Below, one piece after another: positions 9,361-18,714 of a stretch of DNA of 41,746 nucleotides. How positions within the stretch are numbered: the first letter of the stretch is position 1; every line of letters starts with the position of its first letter. Both the position numbers and the translations under genes were made by a program. The DNA comes from Candidatus Ruthturnera sp. (lineage in GTDB: Bacteria > Pseudomonadota > Gammaproteobacteria > PS1 > Pseudothioglobaceae): NCBI GenBank assembly GCA_018648985.1, contig JABGOT010000145.1:1-41746 (forward strand), given 5' to 3'. The notes under the pieces are model-generated. The model was given only the letters and a program-made list of their open reading frames with translations, ran no database searches and was not told the origin of the DNA.

Positions 9361-10509
9361 ATGAACTCACCGATTACCCCTTTAGTCACTTCAGTTTTAT
9401 TGGCGTTTTCTCTCCCTTCTCAATCCCAAATTTATAATCAAAATTCCGACAGCTTTGAGTCGGTTTACAACCTCCAATCTGTCAGCGGAATGTCTCTTGA
9501 TAAAAGGGCGCTTTTAGGTGGTGTGGTTGTTTCATCTGCACAGGTGAGTCTGTCTGCACAAGTTTCAGGTGATGTATTAAGTGTCAGCGGTAAAGAAGGT
9601 GACATGTTTAAGCGAGGTTCAACCCTGGTAACACTTGAGCAAGAATCTATCCAAGCACAAAGAGATTCGGCCTACGCAGATATCTCATCAGCCAATGAGG
9701 CACTTAGAAATGCTGGTGTTCAATATTCACAATCCATTGTATCTCCTAACTCTAATGGCATGTTTGGTGGTATTCCAGGTATGTTCTCAATGTTTACAGA
9801 TCCAATGTTAAAGATGAGTGGTCAAGGCAACCCTGAGTTTGATAAGTTTGCCAATAGAACCTCTCGTTACACAGGCTATCAACAAGCCAAAAACAAATTA
9901 AGACAAGCAGAGCTTAACCTTAAGCAAGTAGAAGAGCGCTTAAAAGATGCCAATGTGGTTGCACCTTTCGACGGTGTGATTGTAGTGAAAAACATCAATC
10001 AAGGCGATGTCGTGCAGCCGGGGCAAGTACTGATGAAGTTTGCCAACATTAAAGATCTTCAAGTAGAGGTCAATGTTCCTTCTCGCTTAGTTGCCAGCTT
10101 AAAGCTGGACAAAAAATACCGTATTAAGCTAGACATTGCTAATATTGTGGTTGATGCGACTTTATCACAAATCTACCCAATTGCTGACAACAACAAACAC
10201 AGTGTTAAAGTAAAGTTTGACTTACCGGAAAGCGTACCAGTGTTAGCGGGTGCTTATGCAGAGGTAGAGATTTTTGAAACAGATTCAGGTGTACTAACCC
10301 CAATTATTCCAGAAGTGGCGATTATGTGGCGCTCTAGCTTGCCGAGTGTTTTTGTTATTAATCCAAAAACAAGCAAAACCGAATTAAGATTTGTGCGTTT
10401 AGGTGAGCAGGTAGGTAAAAGTAAGAAAAGTGTTTTATCAGGCTTAAAGATTGGTGAAAAAATTGTTGCCAATCCTAATATCTTAATGGTTTCAGGAATG
10501 GATATCTAA
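9361..10509 (+). CDS. efflux RND transporter periplasmic adaptor (membrane fusion protein, HlyD-like)
   Basis: Signal-like N-terminus without a lipobox Cys. Lipoyl/barrel-sandwich halves (VSGKEGDMFKRGSTLV ... VVAPFDGVIVVKNINQGDVV). Coiled-coil hairpin and beta-barrel C-terminal part. Immediately precedes an RND permease. AAGG Shine-Dalgarno about 7 nt upstream. Confidence 0.85.
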   Translation: MNSPITPLVTSVLLAFSLPSQSQIYNQNSDSFESVYNLQSVSGMSLDKRALLGGVVVSSAQVSLSAQVSGDVLSVSGKEGDMFKRGSTLVTLEQESIQAQRDSAYADISSANEALRNAGVQYSQSIVSPNSNGMFGGIPGMFSMFTDPMLKMSGQGNPEFDKFANRTSRYTGYQQAKNKLRQAELNLKQVEERLKDANVVAPFDGVIVVKNINQGDVVQPGQVLMKFANIKDLQVEVNVPSRLVASLKLDKKYRIKLDIANIVVDATLSQIYPIADNNKHSVKVKFDLPESVPVLAGAYAEVEIFETDSGVLTPIIPEVAIMWRSSLPSVFVINPKTSKTELRFVRLGEQVGKSKKSVLSGLKIGEKIVANPNILMVSGMDI

Positions 10510-10519
10510 TAAAAAAATT

Positions 10520-13500
10520 ATGCCACATCATCATCACGACGATTTATCGAAAGACGAAAACATAACGCATGATTTAATTACTGAGGCCTATAAAGATCAC
10601 GAACTCGGTATTGCGGGTAAGCTAACCAAAGCCTTTATAACCTCACCGCTCTCAATCATTCTATTCTTCGCTATGTTAGGCGCAGGTATTATTGGTTTAA
10701 TCTCCACACCAAGACAAGAAGACCCGCAGATCTCGGTACCAATGATCGACCTCTTTGTTGAGTATCCTGGCGCCTCTTCTGACGAAGTTGCTAATATCGT
10801 AGTCAAGCCATTAGAGCGCTTAATGTCACATATTCTAGGTGTGAAGCATGTCTATTCAGTCAGTGACAAGAGCCAAGGTATTATCACAGTTGAGTTTGAT
10901 GTAGGTCAAGAGATGAACGCCTCTATTATCAAGGTGCGTGACAAAATGCTCGCCAACCTTGACTTTATGCCGCCAGGCGTTAGAAGCCCCTTAATCAAAC
11001 CTAAAGAGATTGACGACGTACCTATTATTAATTTAACGCTTTGGTCTAAGTCACTTGATGATGGCCAGCTACGTTCGTTAGGTTTAGAGTTGTTACAACA
11101 ACTTGAAAAGGTTAAAGACACCAACAATGGTTTTGTGGTTGGTGGCCGAAAAGAAATCTTCCATATCGATGCTTATCCCGGGCGTTTAGCTGGTTACGGC
11201 GTTTCAATTCAACAAATCGCAGGCACTGTCGGCTCGGCCAATGTCAGTGATCATACTGGTGATATTGAACTCAATGGCTATAAGATGGAGGTCTATTCAG
11301 GTGACTTCTTCAAAAAAGTTGAAGACATTGAAAACTTAGTAATTGCTGTTAATGACGGCAGGCCAGTTTATGTACGTGATGTAGCTGATGTCTACTACGC
11401 CCCAGAAGAAACAGACCATATGGTTAATTACTACACAGGTAAAGCCAATAAAACTGACGTAAAAGCTAGCGGTGAGCAAGCAGTCACGATCGCCATTGCA
11501 AAAAAATTCGGCACCAATGGTGTTGCAGTTGCAGAAAATATTTTAGCCAGAGTAGAGGAGCTTAAAGGCCGACTCATTCCAGACAATGTTGAGGTTAGCG
11601 TTACCAGGAACTACGGTAAATCTGCCAAAGATAAAGTCAATGCATTACTTAAAAAGCTCTTCATTGCCACAGGCGCAGTAACGTTACTGGTTTGGTTTGC
11701 ATTAGGCTGGCGTCCTGCGGTTGTGGTAACGCTAGTGATTCCAGTGGTTTTATTAATGACCATCTTCGCAGCTTGGATTTTTGGTATGACCATCGACCGA
11801 GTGAGTTTATTCGCACTGATTTTCTCGATTGGTATTTTGGTAGATGATGCCATTGTTGTGACTGAGAATATATACAGGCGCTGGCTAATAGATAATAAAA
11901 TTACCATTGGAACAGCGATTGACGCAGTAAGAGAAGTAGGCAACCCAACCATTCTAGCAACCTTTACCGTGGTCGCAGCATTGGTACCAATGGCAGCTGT
12001 TAGTGGCATGATGGGGCCTTACATGGCGCCAATTCCAGTCTTAGGTTCAGTGGCTATGATGATATCGCTATTTGCAGCTTTTGTCTTTACACCGTACTTT
12101 ATTATGAAGATTGTGCCACCACTCGGTGTGTTGCACAAAATGCATGAAAAAGAAGAAAAAGAAAGCAAAGTATTGTATGCATTCTTCCATTCTACAATTT
12201 CAAAATTATTTCATATCAAGGCTTACGGTTGGGGCTTTTTAATTACCTTGTTTGTCGCCTTCTTTATGTCAATGTCAATGTTCTACACAACCACAGTGCC
12301 AGTAAAAATGCTGCCATTGGATAATAAGTCAGAATTTGGTGTTGTCTTAGATATGGCAGATGGTACCGCATTGGCAGATACCGCTTCAGCGTTGCATAAA
12401 ATGGCACAAGTATTGCGCAATATGCCAGAAGTAGTTGCGATTCAATCTTACGCAGGTACCGCCAAACCATTTGATTTTAACGGTTTGGTTCGACACTACT
12501 ACCTTAGACAAAACTCATCAGAAGGCGAGCTACAAATTCAGCTAGCTGAAAAAGCAGATCGTAAGCGCTCTAGTCATGAAATTGCATTGGAAGCAAGACA
12601 AATGATCAAGCAAATTGCTGCTGACGCAGGCGCTAACTACGCCGTAGTAGAGATGCCACCAGGCCCACCAGTGTTGCGCCCTGTGGTTGCAGAGGTGTAT
12701 GGCCCAGACAAGGAGACTCGTCGTAAACTAGCCAATGACCTAACTCAGATGTTTAAAGAGTCAGGCACAATGACCGATGTTGATAACTTGATGCGTGACG
12801 AATACCCAGTTATTAATTTCCAAGTAGATACTGAAAAAGCCTCTCGTTTTGGTGTGAGTGTACAAACCATTAAAGAGACGTTAGCAATGGCCATGAGTAG
12901 CTTTAACGTTACCACTATTCGTCTTAAGAACGCATTAGAGCCTTCACGTGTTTGCTTAAAAGTACCATTGTCTAAGCGTTCACAATTGTCATACTTAACA
13001 CAACTGCCAGTCCCTTCTCAGCAGGGTGGTATGATTCCTATTTCTGAGTTGGGCTCGTTTATTTACAAAAAACAAGACGATCTAATCTTCCATAAAGATC
13101 TGGCTGATGTTGAATATGTTTTAGGTGAGCCTATTGGTCGCTTAAGTGCGCCAATTTACGCTATGTTTGGCGTGGATGATTTACTACTTAGATATCAAAC
13201 AGTAGATGGTAAAGAATTACAAGGCGAGTACTTAGGTCCGCCTAAAGATCAAACCGTACCAGGTTTTGAGTGGGCTGGTGAGTGGACAGTAACTTACGAA
13301 ACTTTCCGCGACATGGGTACTGCATTTGGTGTGGCGCTAGTGGTTATTTACATGCTAGTGGTATGGCAGTTTGGTAACTTTATTATCCCTGCGGTAATTA
13401 TGGCGCCAATTCCATTGACGCTCTTAGGTGTTGTACCAGGACACTGGCTATTAGGCGCTGAATTTACAGCCACCTCAATGATTGGCTGGATTGCATTGGC

Positions 13501-14023
13501 CGGTATTATTGTGCGAAACTCCATTCTTTTGGTGGACTTTACCGTGCAAGAATATGCCAAAGGCATGCCATTCTTTGATGCTGTCATTAGCTCTTGCGCA
13601 TCACGTACAAGACCAATTTTGATTACTGCTTTTGCATTGGTAGGCGGCGCAAGCGTTATCTTAACAGACCCTATTTTCCAAGGCATGGCGATTTCATTAT
13701 TGTTCGGTGTGTTGATCTCAACTGTACTAACACTGATTGTAATACCTTTAGGTACGCTATCAGCAGGTGAGGCTTCTTGTCGCAATATTGCAGTTAGTAT
13801 GGGGTTATTGCCAGGTGATGCTGATGCTGATGCAAAATACAATGTAGAAAAAGCAGAGAAGCCTAAAAAGGAAAAATCTGAAAAATCAAGCAAAGATCCA
13901 AAAGAATGGATTAAAGCAGCACTAGGTAAAAAGAAGAAAGCTGACGATGCTGAAAAAGAAACTTCTGAAGAAAAAATAGACACCAACGGTCTACTTAAAA
14001 AAGAAGACAAAAATGATGTTTAG
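10520..14023 (+). CDS. RND superfamily efflux permease (AcrB/CzcA-like), 1167 aa with N-terminal His4 and C-terminal Lys/Glu-rich extension
   Basis: Two-fold architecture: TM1, large periplasmic loop and a TM cluster (aa ~370-530), then a second large loop and second TM cluster (aa ~915-1085). ILVDDAIVVTENI-type TM4 motif. 10-nt gap after the adaptor gene. Confidence 0.9.
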   Translation: MPHHHHDDLSKDENITHDLITEAYKDHELGIAGKLTKAFITSPLSIILFFAMLGAGIIGLISTPRQEDPQISVPMIDLFVEYPGASSDEVANIVVKPLERLMSHILGVKHVYSVSDKSQGIITVEFDVGQEMNASIIKVRDKMLANLDFMPPGVRSPLIKPKEIDDVPIINLTLWSKSLDDGQLRSLGLELLQQLEKVKDTNNGFVVGGRKEIFHIDAYPGRLAGYGVSIQQIAGTVGSANVSDHTGDIELNGYKMEVYSGDFFKKVEDIENLVIAVNDGRPVYVRDVADVYYAPEETDHMVNYYTGKANKTDVKASGEQAVTIAIAKKFGTNGVAVAENILARVEELKGRLIPDNVEVSVTRNYGKSAKDKVNALLKKLFIATGAVTLLVWFALGWRPAVVVTLVIPVVLLMTIFAAWIFGMTIDRVSLFALIFSIGILVDDAIVVTENIYRRWLIDNKITIGTAIDAVREVGNPTILATFTVVAALVPMAAVSGMMGPYMAPIPVLGSVAMMISLFAAFVFTPYFIMKIVPPLGVLHKMHEKEEKESKVLYAFFHSTISKLFHIKAYGWGFLITLFVAFFMSMSMFYTTTVPVKMLPLDNKSEFGVVLDMADGTALADTASALHKMAQVLRNMPEVVAIQSYAGTAKPFDFNGLVRHYYLRQNSSEGELQIQLAEKADRKRSSHEIALEARQMIKQIAADAGANYAVVEMPPGPPVLRPVVAEVYGPDKETRRKLANDLTQMFKESGTMTDVDNLMRDEYPVINFQVDTEKASRFGVSVQTIKETLAMAMSSFNVTTIRLKNALEPSRVCLKVPLSKRSQLSYLTQLPVPSQQGGMIPISELGSFIYKKQDDLIFHKDLADVEYVLGEPIGRLSAPIYAMFGVDDLLLRYQTVDGKELQGEYLGPPKDQTVPGFEWAGEWTVTYETFRDMGTAFGVALVVIYMLVVWQFGNFIIPAVIMAPIPLTLLGVVPGHWLLGAEFTATSMIGWIALAGIIVRNSILLVDFTVQEYAKGMPFFDAVISSCASRTRPILITAFALVGGASVILTDPIFQGMAISLLFGVLISTVLTLIVIPLGTLSAGEASCRNIAVSMGLLPGDADADAKYNVEKAEKPKKEKSEKSSKDPKEWIKAALGKKKKADDAEKETSEEKIDTNGLLKKEDKNDV
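13816..13833 (+). repeat. in-frame hexanucleotide tandem repeat (GATGCT)x2 + GATGCA encoding DADADA at the start of the RND C-terminal tail
   Basis: Read directly: gatgct gatgct gatgca. Confidence 0.9.
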
Positions 14024-14043
14024 TATTGATTAACAGTAACAAT

Positions 14044-14077
14044 AAAAAATGGCTTCAATTTGAAGCCATTTTTTTTC
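14044..14077. terminator. bidirectional rho-independent terminator between convergent RND permease and lipA
   Basis: aaaaaATGGCTTCAattTGAAGCCATttttttt: 9-bp perfect stem (14049-14057 / 14061-14069). Flanked by an A-run on the left and a T-run on the right, giving a U-tract on either transcript. Confidence 0.75.
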
Positions 14078-14101
14078 GTCTAATTAAAAGTGATTAAAGC
14101 A

Positions 14102-15049
14102 TTAACCGATTGATTCGCCAGCTGCTTGTAAATCAGCATGATACGATGAGCGCACCATTGGCCCACTGGCCACTTGTGAAAAACCCATTTCAGTCGCCAA
14201 TACCTTATAACGATCAAACTGCTCAGGTGTAATGTATTTCTCAACAGCCAAGTGATGCTTACTTGGCTGCAAGTACTGGCCCAATGTAAGCATATCAACA
14301 TCATGCGCTCTAAGATCAGACAGTACATCTAATACCTGTTGCTCACTTTCACCAACACCCAGCATTAAGCCTGACTTGGTTGTCACATCTGGGTGCTGTT
14401 GTTTGAATGACTGCAATAGCTTTAATGAATACTCATAACTCGCCCCTGGTCGTACTTGAGGATACAAGCTTGGTACAGTTTCAAGATTATGATTAAACAC
14501 GTCAGGCGGGCAGGTTTCGAATATCTCTAAGGCTTTTTCTACTCGCCCTCTAAAATCAGGGGTGAGTATTTCAATTTTAACCTGCGGTGTGGTTTGCCTA
14601 ATTTGATCAATACATTGTTTGAAATGATCGGCACCGCCATCACGTAAATCATCACGATCCACTGAAGTAATTACCACATATTTAAGCGTCATTTTTTCAA
14701 TCGTTTCGGCCAAATGTTTTGGCTCGTCTGCGTCAAGTGGCTTAGGTTTGCCATGCGCCACATCGCAAAATGGGCAGCGGCGTGTACAAATCTGCCCCAT
14801 AATCATAAAGGTAGCTGTACCGTGATTAAAGCATTCACCTAGATTAGGGCATTGCGCTTCTTCACAAACGGTAAACAGTTTTTGATCACGCAAGGTCTTT
14901 TTAAGCTTATCTACTTTAGATCCGGCAGGGTGTTTGATACGAATCCAGCTTGGCTTTCTAAGCGGAGCACGTGTAGCATCCGGCTTAATTTTTAAGCGTG
15001 CTGTTTTTGATTCGCCTTTAAGGGCTTTAATTTCAATGTCTTGTAACAT
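14102..15049 (-). CDS. lipA: lipoyl synthase
   Basis: [12 protein letters not shown] auxiliary cluster motif and radical-SAM CTRRCPFC. 315 aa. lipB-lipA overlap of 17 nt. Confidence 0.95.
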   Translation of the reverse strand: MLQDIEIKALKGESKTARLKIKPDATRAPLRKPSWIRIKHPAGSKVDKLKKTLRDQKLFTVCEEAQCPNLGECFNHGTATFMIMGQICTRRCPFCDVAHGKPKPLDADEPKHLAETIEKMTLKYVVITSVDRDDLRDGGADHFKQCIDQIRQTTPQVKIEILTPDFRGRVEKALEIFETCPPDVFNHNLETVPSLYPQVRPGASYEYSLKLLQSFKQQHPDVTTKSGLMLGVGESEQQVLDVLSDLRAHDVDMLTLGQYLQPSKHHLAVEKYITPEQFDRYKVLATEMGFSQVASGPMVRSSYHADLQAAGESIG

Positions 15050-15638
15050 GACCGCTTAAGATTTGTGTGAGTTCATTGCCAATACTGTCTAAGTTGATAT
15101 TATCCGTTAAATCACTCAGCTGTGTTACTTTCAACCCTTGATATCCACAAGGGTTTATTTGAGAGAAGGCAGACAAGTCCATATTCACGTTTAAACTGAG
15201 CCCATGATAAGTTCTGCCATTTTTTACTTTTAAACCAAGAGCGGCAATTTTGGCGTCATCTACATACACACCAGGTGCACCACCTTGCAGATGTGATTTA
15301 ATTTGATACTTGGCAAGTAAATCAATAATTGATTGCTCAATAATCGACACCATTTTCTTCACCCCGATACCCAAGCGCTTAAGATCAATCAAACAGTAAA
15401 CAATCAACTGCCCGGGGGCGTGGTAAGTAATCTGCCCACCACGATCAGTATTAATCACAGGGATTTCACTATTTTCTAACAAGTGCTCAGCTTTACCAGA
15501 AATGCCTTGGGTAAAAACACTTGGATGTTCACAAATCCAAAGTTCATCTTCGGTATTGGTATCACGCGCTTGGGTGAAACCTTTCATATCACCCCAAGTT
15601 TTGGCGTAATCCTGCAGACCTAGATTAACAACTTTCAT
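15033..15638 (-). CDS. lipB: octanoyltransferase LipB
   Basis: [27 protein letters not shown] motifs. 201 aa. Confidence 0.93.
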   Translation of the reverse strand: MKVVNLGLQDYAKTWGDMKGFTQARDTNTEDELWICEHPSVFTQGISGKAEHLLENSEIPVINTDRGGQITYHAPGQLIVYCLIDLKRLGIGVKKMVSIIEQSIIDLLAKYQIKSHLQGGAPGVYVDDAKIAALGLKVKNGRTYHGLSLNVNMDLSAFSQINPCGYQGLKVTQLSDLTDNINLDSIGNELTQILSGHVTRH

Positions 15639-15644
15639 GGATAA

Positions 15645-15929
15645 CTACAGAATGTAAGCAACCAAAGGATTGTCTTGTAATTCTTGATTAATCGAATCAA
15701 GCTGCACTCTACTGGTGGCGATAATTCTAACCGTGTAAGAAATATAAGCACCTTTCGAGCTTTTCCTGCTGGTGATTTGATTAGGGTGTATCTCACCGGC
15801 ATGGCGCTCAATAATCGCGCACATCTCAGTATTTAACTCAACACAATCCTTACCCATGATTTTTATTGGGTAATCACAAGGGAAGTTAAATAAATCGTCT
15901 GAACTTGGTTCGGTAGTAGGCTTAGTCAT
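15645..15929 (-). CDS. ybeD: YbeD family protein (DUF493/UPF0250)
   Basis: 94 aa with FPCDYPIKIMG motif. Conserved ybeD-lipB-lipA order. Confidence 0.8.
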   Translation of the reverse strand: MTKPTTEPSSDDLFNFPCDYPIKIMGKDCVELNTEMCAIIERHAGEIHPNQITSRKSSKGAYISYTVRIIATSRVQLDSINQELQDNPLVAYIL

Positions 15930-16003
15930 ATTGGGTAATTTTATCGTCTATTACGGTAGAATAGGGTCACTTTTATATTTTTCAAGCTAAAAGGATACCT
16001 TTA

Positions 16004-17044
16004 ATGCGTCCAGAACAAGTCAGCAAAATCCTCACTCAAGAATTCGAATCTGTTATTCACGGCCACCACACGCCAGTAATGCTTTGGGGTGCGCCAGGTA
16101 TTGGTAAGTCACAAATCATCTCACAAGTGGCTGTTGACCACAACGTACCAATGATTGATATTCGTCTTTCACAGATGGAGCCAAGTGATTTACGTGGCAT
16201 CCCCTTTAAAAACGGTGAACAAGTTGATTGGGCGGTCCCATCATTATTACCTGATGCATCTCGCCATGGTGAGCAGGGCATCTTATTTTTAGATGAGATT
16301 ACTTCAGCACCACCAACAGTTTCCGCAGCAGCATACCAGTTAATTCTAGACCGTCGTTTGGGTGATTATATTGTGCCAGATGGTTGGGTCATTTTTGCTG
16401 CGGGTAACCGCCAAGGCGACCGCGGTGTTACTTACTCGATGCCAGCACCGTTGGCCAATCGTTTTTCTCATTATGAGCTTGATGTCAACCTTGATGATTG
16501 GGCAGCTTGGGCTTATAAAAACAACATTGATGAGCGCATTATTGGTTTCTTACGTTACCGTCCAGAGCATTTGTTTGAGTTTGATCCTGCGCACAATCCG
16601 GTGGCTTTTCCATCACCAAGAACTTGGGAATTCACCCATCGTGCCTTACAAAAATTTGATGACAATCTCAACCTATTTAGACAAGCCGCCAGCGCTTGTG
16701 TCGGCGAAGTTGCCGGTGTTGAGGTTGCTACTTTTATTGAACACCTTGAGGATTTACCAGATCTTGATGCCATCGTTAATGGTGAGTCGGTCTCTATTCC
16801 CGATGCTATTGACCTTCAATACGCCATTTGTTCGGCGCTTGTGGGTAGGGCAATTAGCGTTAAAGACAAAGATAATGCAAAACAAGTTTGGGGCAATATT
16901 CTTAATTTTGCACGCGACTTTCCACAAAAAGAACTCGGCGTTATGCTGGTGTCAGACATGCAGCGTGCAATCGGTGAAGAAATTTTCAGCATTCCTGAGT
17001 TTGCCGATTGGGCCAGCAAAATCGCTGATACGATGTTTGATTAG
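16004..17044 (+). CDS. AAA+ ATPase, MoxR/AAA_5-like single-module (partner of downstream VWA protein)
   Basis: Walker A GAPGIGKS (nt 16088-16111), Walker B ILFLDEIT, AAGN sensor-1-like, PLANRF. AAGGA Shine-Dalgarno 8 nt upstream of ATG. Confidence 0.85.
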   Translation: MRPEQVSKILTQEFESVIHGHHTPVMLWGAPGIGKSQIISQVAVDHNVPMIDIRLSQMEPSDLRGIPFKNGEQVDWAVPSLLPDASRHGEQGILFLDEITSAPPTVSAAAYQLILDRRLGDYIVPDGWVIFAAGNRQGDRGVTYSMPAPLANRFSHYELDVNLDDWAAWAYKNNIDERIIGFLRYRPEHLFEFDPAHNPVAFPSPRTWEFTHRALQKFDDNLNLFRQAASACVGEVAGVEVATFIEHLEDLPDLDAIVNGESVSIPDAIDLQYAICSALVGRAISVKDKDNAKQVWGNILNFARDFPQKELGVMLVSDMQRAIGEEIFSIPEFADWASKIADTMFD

Positions 17045-17052
17045 GATTAACT

Positions 17053-18396
17053 TTGGACAAGTACCCAACTTGGCAAGATGAACCCTTTAAACCTGAGCAA
17101 CAGGTTAGAGTCGTTGGCGAAGACATTGTCCAGCCACAGCAAGACAAAACACTAAGTACTACCGAGCTAGAAGCCATCAAAAACCGTCTAACTAAGGCGC
17201 GTACACAACTCATGCTCGACAAGCCTTTTTTGGGTAATCTAGTATTACGCCTACCTTTAATCGCAGCCGATTCTTGGTGTAAAACCAGCGCTACAGACGC
17301 CAAAAGTTTTTACTACAATCCTGAGTTTGTTGATTCACTTAACAATCATCAAATCAAATTTATTCTTATTCACGAAGCCCTACACTGTGCACTTACACAC
17401 TTTGCACGCCGCGGTAATCGCACCAAGCATAAGTGGGATCTTGCCTGTGATTTTGCCATTAACCCACTCTTGGTTAAAGAAGGTTTTCACCCACCGATTG
17501 ATGTGCCAATTTTTCGTCAATACGAAGGCATGATCGCCGAAGAAATCTACCCAATGATTGATGACAACCTTGACCAAGAGCCAATGGATCAACACCTATA
17601 TGATGACAATGCTAACGATGATTCCAAGCAGTCCGATGGCGGACTACGTGAAGACGATCTGCAAAAAGAACAAGAGCAAGAATCCACATCAGACTCTAAA
17701 TCAAACCAAGATAATAAAGCTGGTGCTTCTCAGCTCGCACAACAGCCACCCAAATTACAACCTGATGAAGTGGATAAACTTGCCACACAATGGCAAAAAA
17801 ACCTTGCTTCAAGTGCGCAATTAGCACAGCAAGCTGGCAAACTCGATGGCGAATTTGCCAAACTGATTGATTTCTTTTTACAACCCCAAGTCTCTTGGCA
17901 ATCGCTTTTGGCACAATACATGTCTACCTTTGCCAGAGATGATTTTTCCTATTCGCGCCCATCGCGCCGAGCAGGTGAGGTAATCATGCCATCACTCAGA
18001 TCACACCAGCTTGATATCACCGTAGCAATTGACACCTCTGGCTCGATCTCACAAGAAGAAATTAATGAATTTGTCTCTGAGGTTGGTGCTATCAAGGCCA
18101 ATTTACGTGCTGGCATTTCTTTACTAGCTTGCGACGACACTCTTTCTGAGTATTCACCTTGGCGCTATGAAGCCTGGGAAGAGTTGCAGTTTCCCGCATC
18201 ACTCGGTGGTGGAAAGGGCACTAACTTTAACCCAGTATTTGATCACATCAACACCCAAGATACACCGTCAGATGTACTGATTTACTTTACTGATGCCAAA
18301 GGCAAGTTCCCTGAGTTTGAGCCCGATTATCCAGTTTTGTGGCTTATTAAAGGCAAAGAGCGTGTACCATGGGGCTCTCGTATCCAACTAAATTAA
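17053..18396 (+). CDS. putative metallopeptidase-domain / VWA-domain fusion protein (DUF2201_N + DUF2201-like)
   Basis: LDKPFLGNL...FILIHEALHCALTH with HEALH at nt 17371-17385, then WDLACDFAIN. Acidic/Gln-rich linker at aa ~170-260. C-terminal VWA with MIDAS-like DTSGS at nt 18031-18045, GGGKGTNF and VLIYFTDAKG. Track start is TTG 17053, 8 nt after the ATPase stop, so the start is uncertain. Confidence 0.8.
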   Translation: MDKYPTWQDEPFKPEQQVRVVGEDIVQPQQDKTLSTTELEAIKNRLTKARTQLMLDKPFLGNLVLRLPLIAADSWCKTSATDAKSFYYNPEFVDSLNNHQIKFILIHEALHCALTHFARRGNRTKHKWDLACDFAINPLLVKEGFHPPIDVPIFRQYEGMIAEEIYPMIDDNLDQEPMDQHLYDDNANDDSKQSDGGLREDDLQKEQEQESTSDSKSNQDNKAGASQLAQQPPKLQPDEVDKLATQWQKNLASSAQLAQQAGKLDGEFAKLIDFFLQPQVSWQSLLAQYMSTFARDDFSYSRPSRRAGEVIMPSLRSHQLDITVAIDTSGSISQEEINEFVSEVGAIKANLRAGISLLACDDTLSEYSPWRYEAWEELQFPASLGGGKGTNFNPVFDHINTQDTPSDVLIYFTDAKGKFPEFEPDYPVLWLIKGKERVPWGSRIQLN

Positions 18397-18399
18397 ACC

Positions 18400-18714
18400 A
18401 TGAGAGATTTTTCTGCCATTGAGCTTGATGAATATCTAGAAGACAACCAGCCGTTGCTACTAGATGTGCGTGAACAATGGGAATGGAACAAATGCCATTT
18501 TGAAGATGCTACCTTACTACCCATGGGTCAAATTATGGCAAATATCGACACCCTAGATAAAACCCAAGAAACTGTCATTATTTGTCATCATGGTATTCGC
18601 TCTATGCAGGTAGCGCGTTATTTTGACTCAGTTGGTTTCGAGGATATTATCAATCTACGTGGTGGTATTGATGCTTGGGCCAAGCAAGTCGATAGCTCGA
18701 TGGAATTGTACTAA
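18400..18714 (+). CDS. single-domain rhodanese (thiosulfate sulfurtransferase GlpE-like)
   Basis: 104 aa. LLLDVREQWEW and active-site loop ICHHGIRS, then LRGGIDAW. Starts 3 nt after the VWA gene stop. Confidence 0.85.
   Translation: MRDFSAIELDEYLEDNQPLLLDVREQWEWNKCHFEDATLLPMGQIMANIDTLDKTQETVIICHHGIRSMQVARYFDSVGFEDIINLRGGIDAWAKQVDSSMELY

Noticed and set aside
11611-12009. 132-aa antisense ORF in the TM region of the RND permease
   Set aside because: This is the mirror of a hydrophobic TM cluster, a typical spurious antisense ORF.
13348-14010. 220-aa antisense ORF inside the 3' end of the RND permease gene
   Set aside because: The translation is low-complexity S/F/A-rich, the mirror image of the Lys/Glu-rich tail and TM segments. 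The sense frame has clear RND homology along its full length. No start context.
14080-14328. 82-aa ORF overlapping the lipA 3' end in another frame
   Set aside because: It lies entirely within the strongly supported lipA frame and has no independent signal.
16362-17081. 239-aa same-strand alternative-frame ORF covering two-thirds of the AAA+ ATPase gene and running into the VWA gene
   Set aside because: The product is Leu/Ser/Ile-rich with no recognisable motifs, while the annotated frame carries Walker A/B and sensor motifs. This gene is locally more GC-rich (about 48-50% in my spot counts), which lowers off-frame stop density. nrdA shows similar GC, so I also rejected calling the region horizontally acquired on composition alone.
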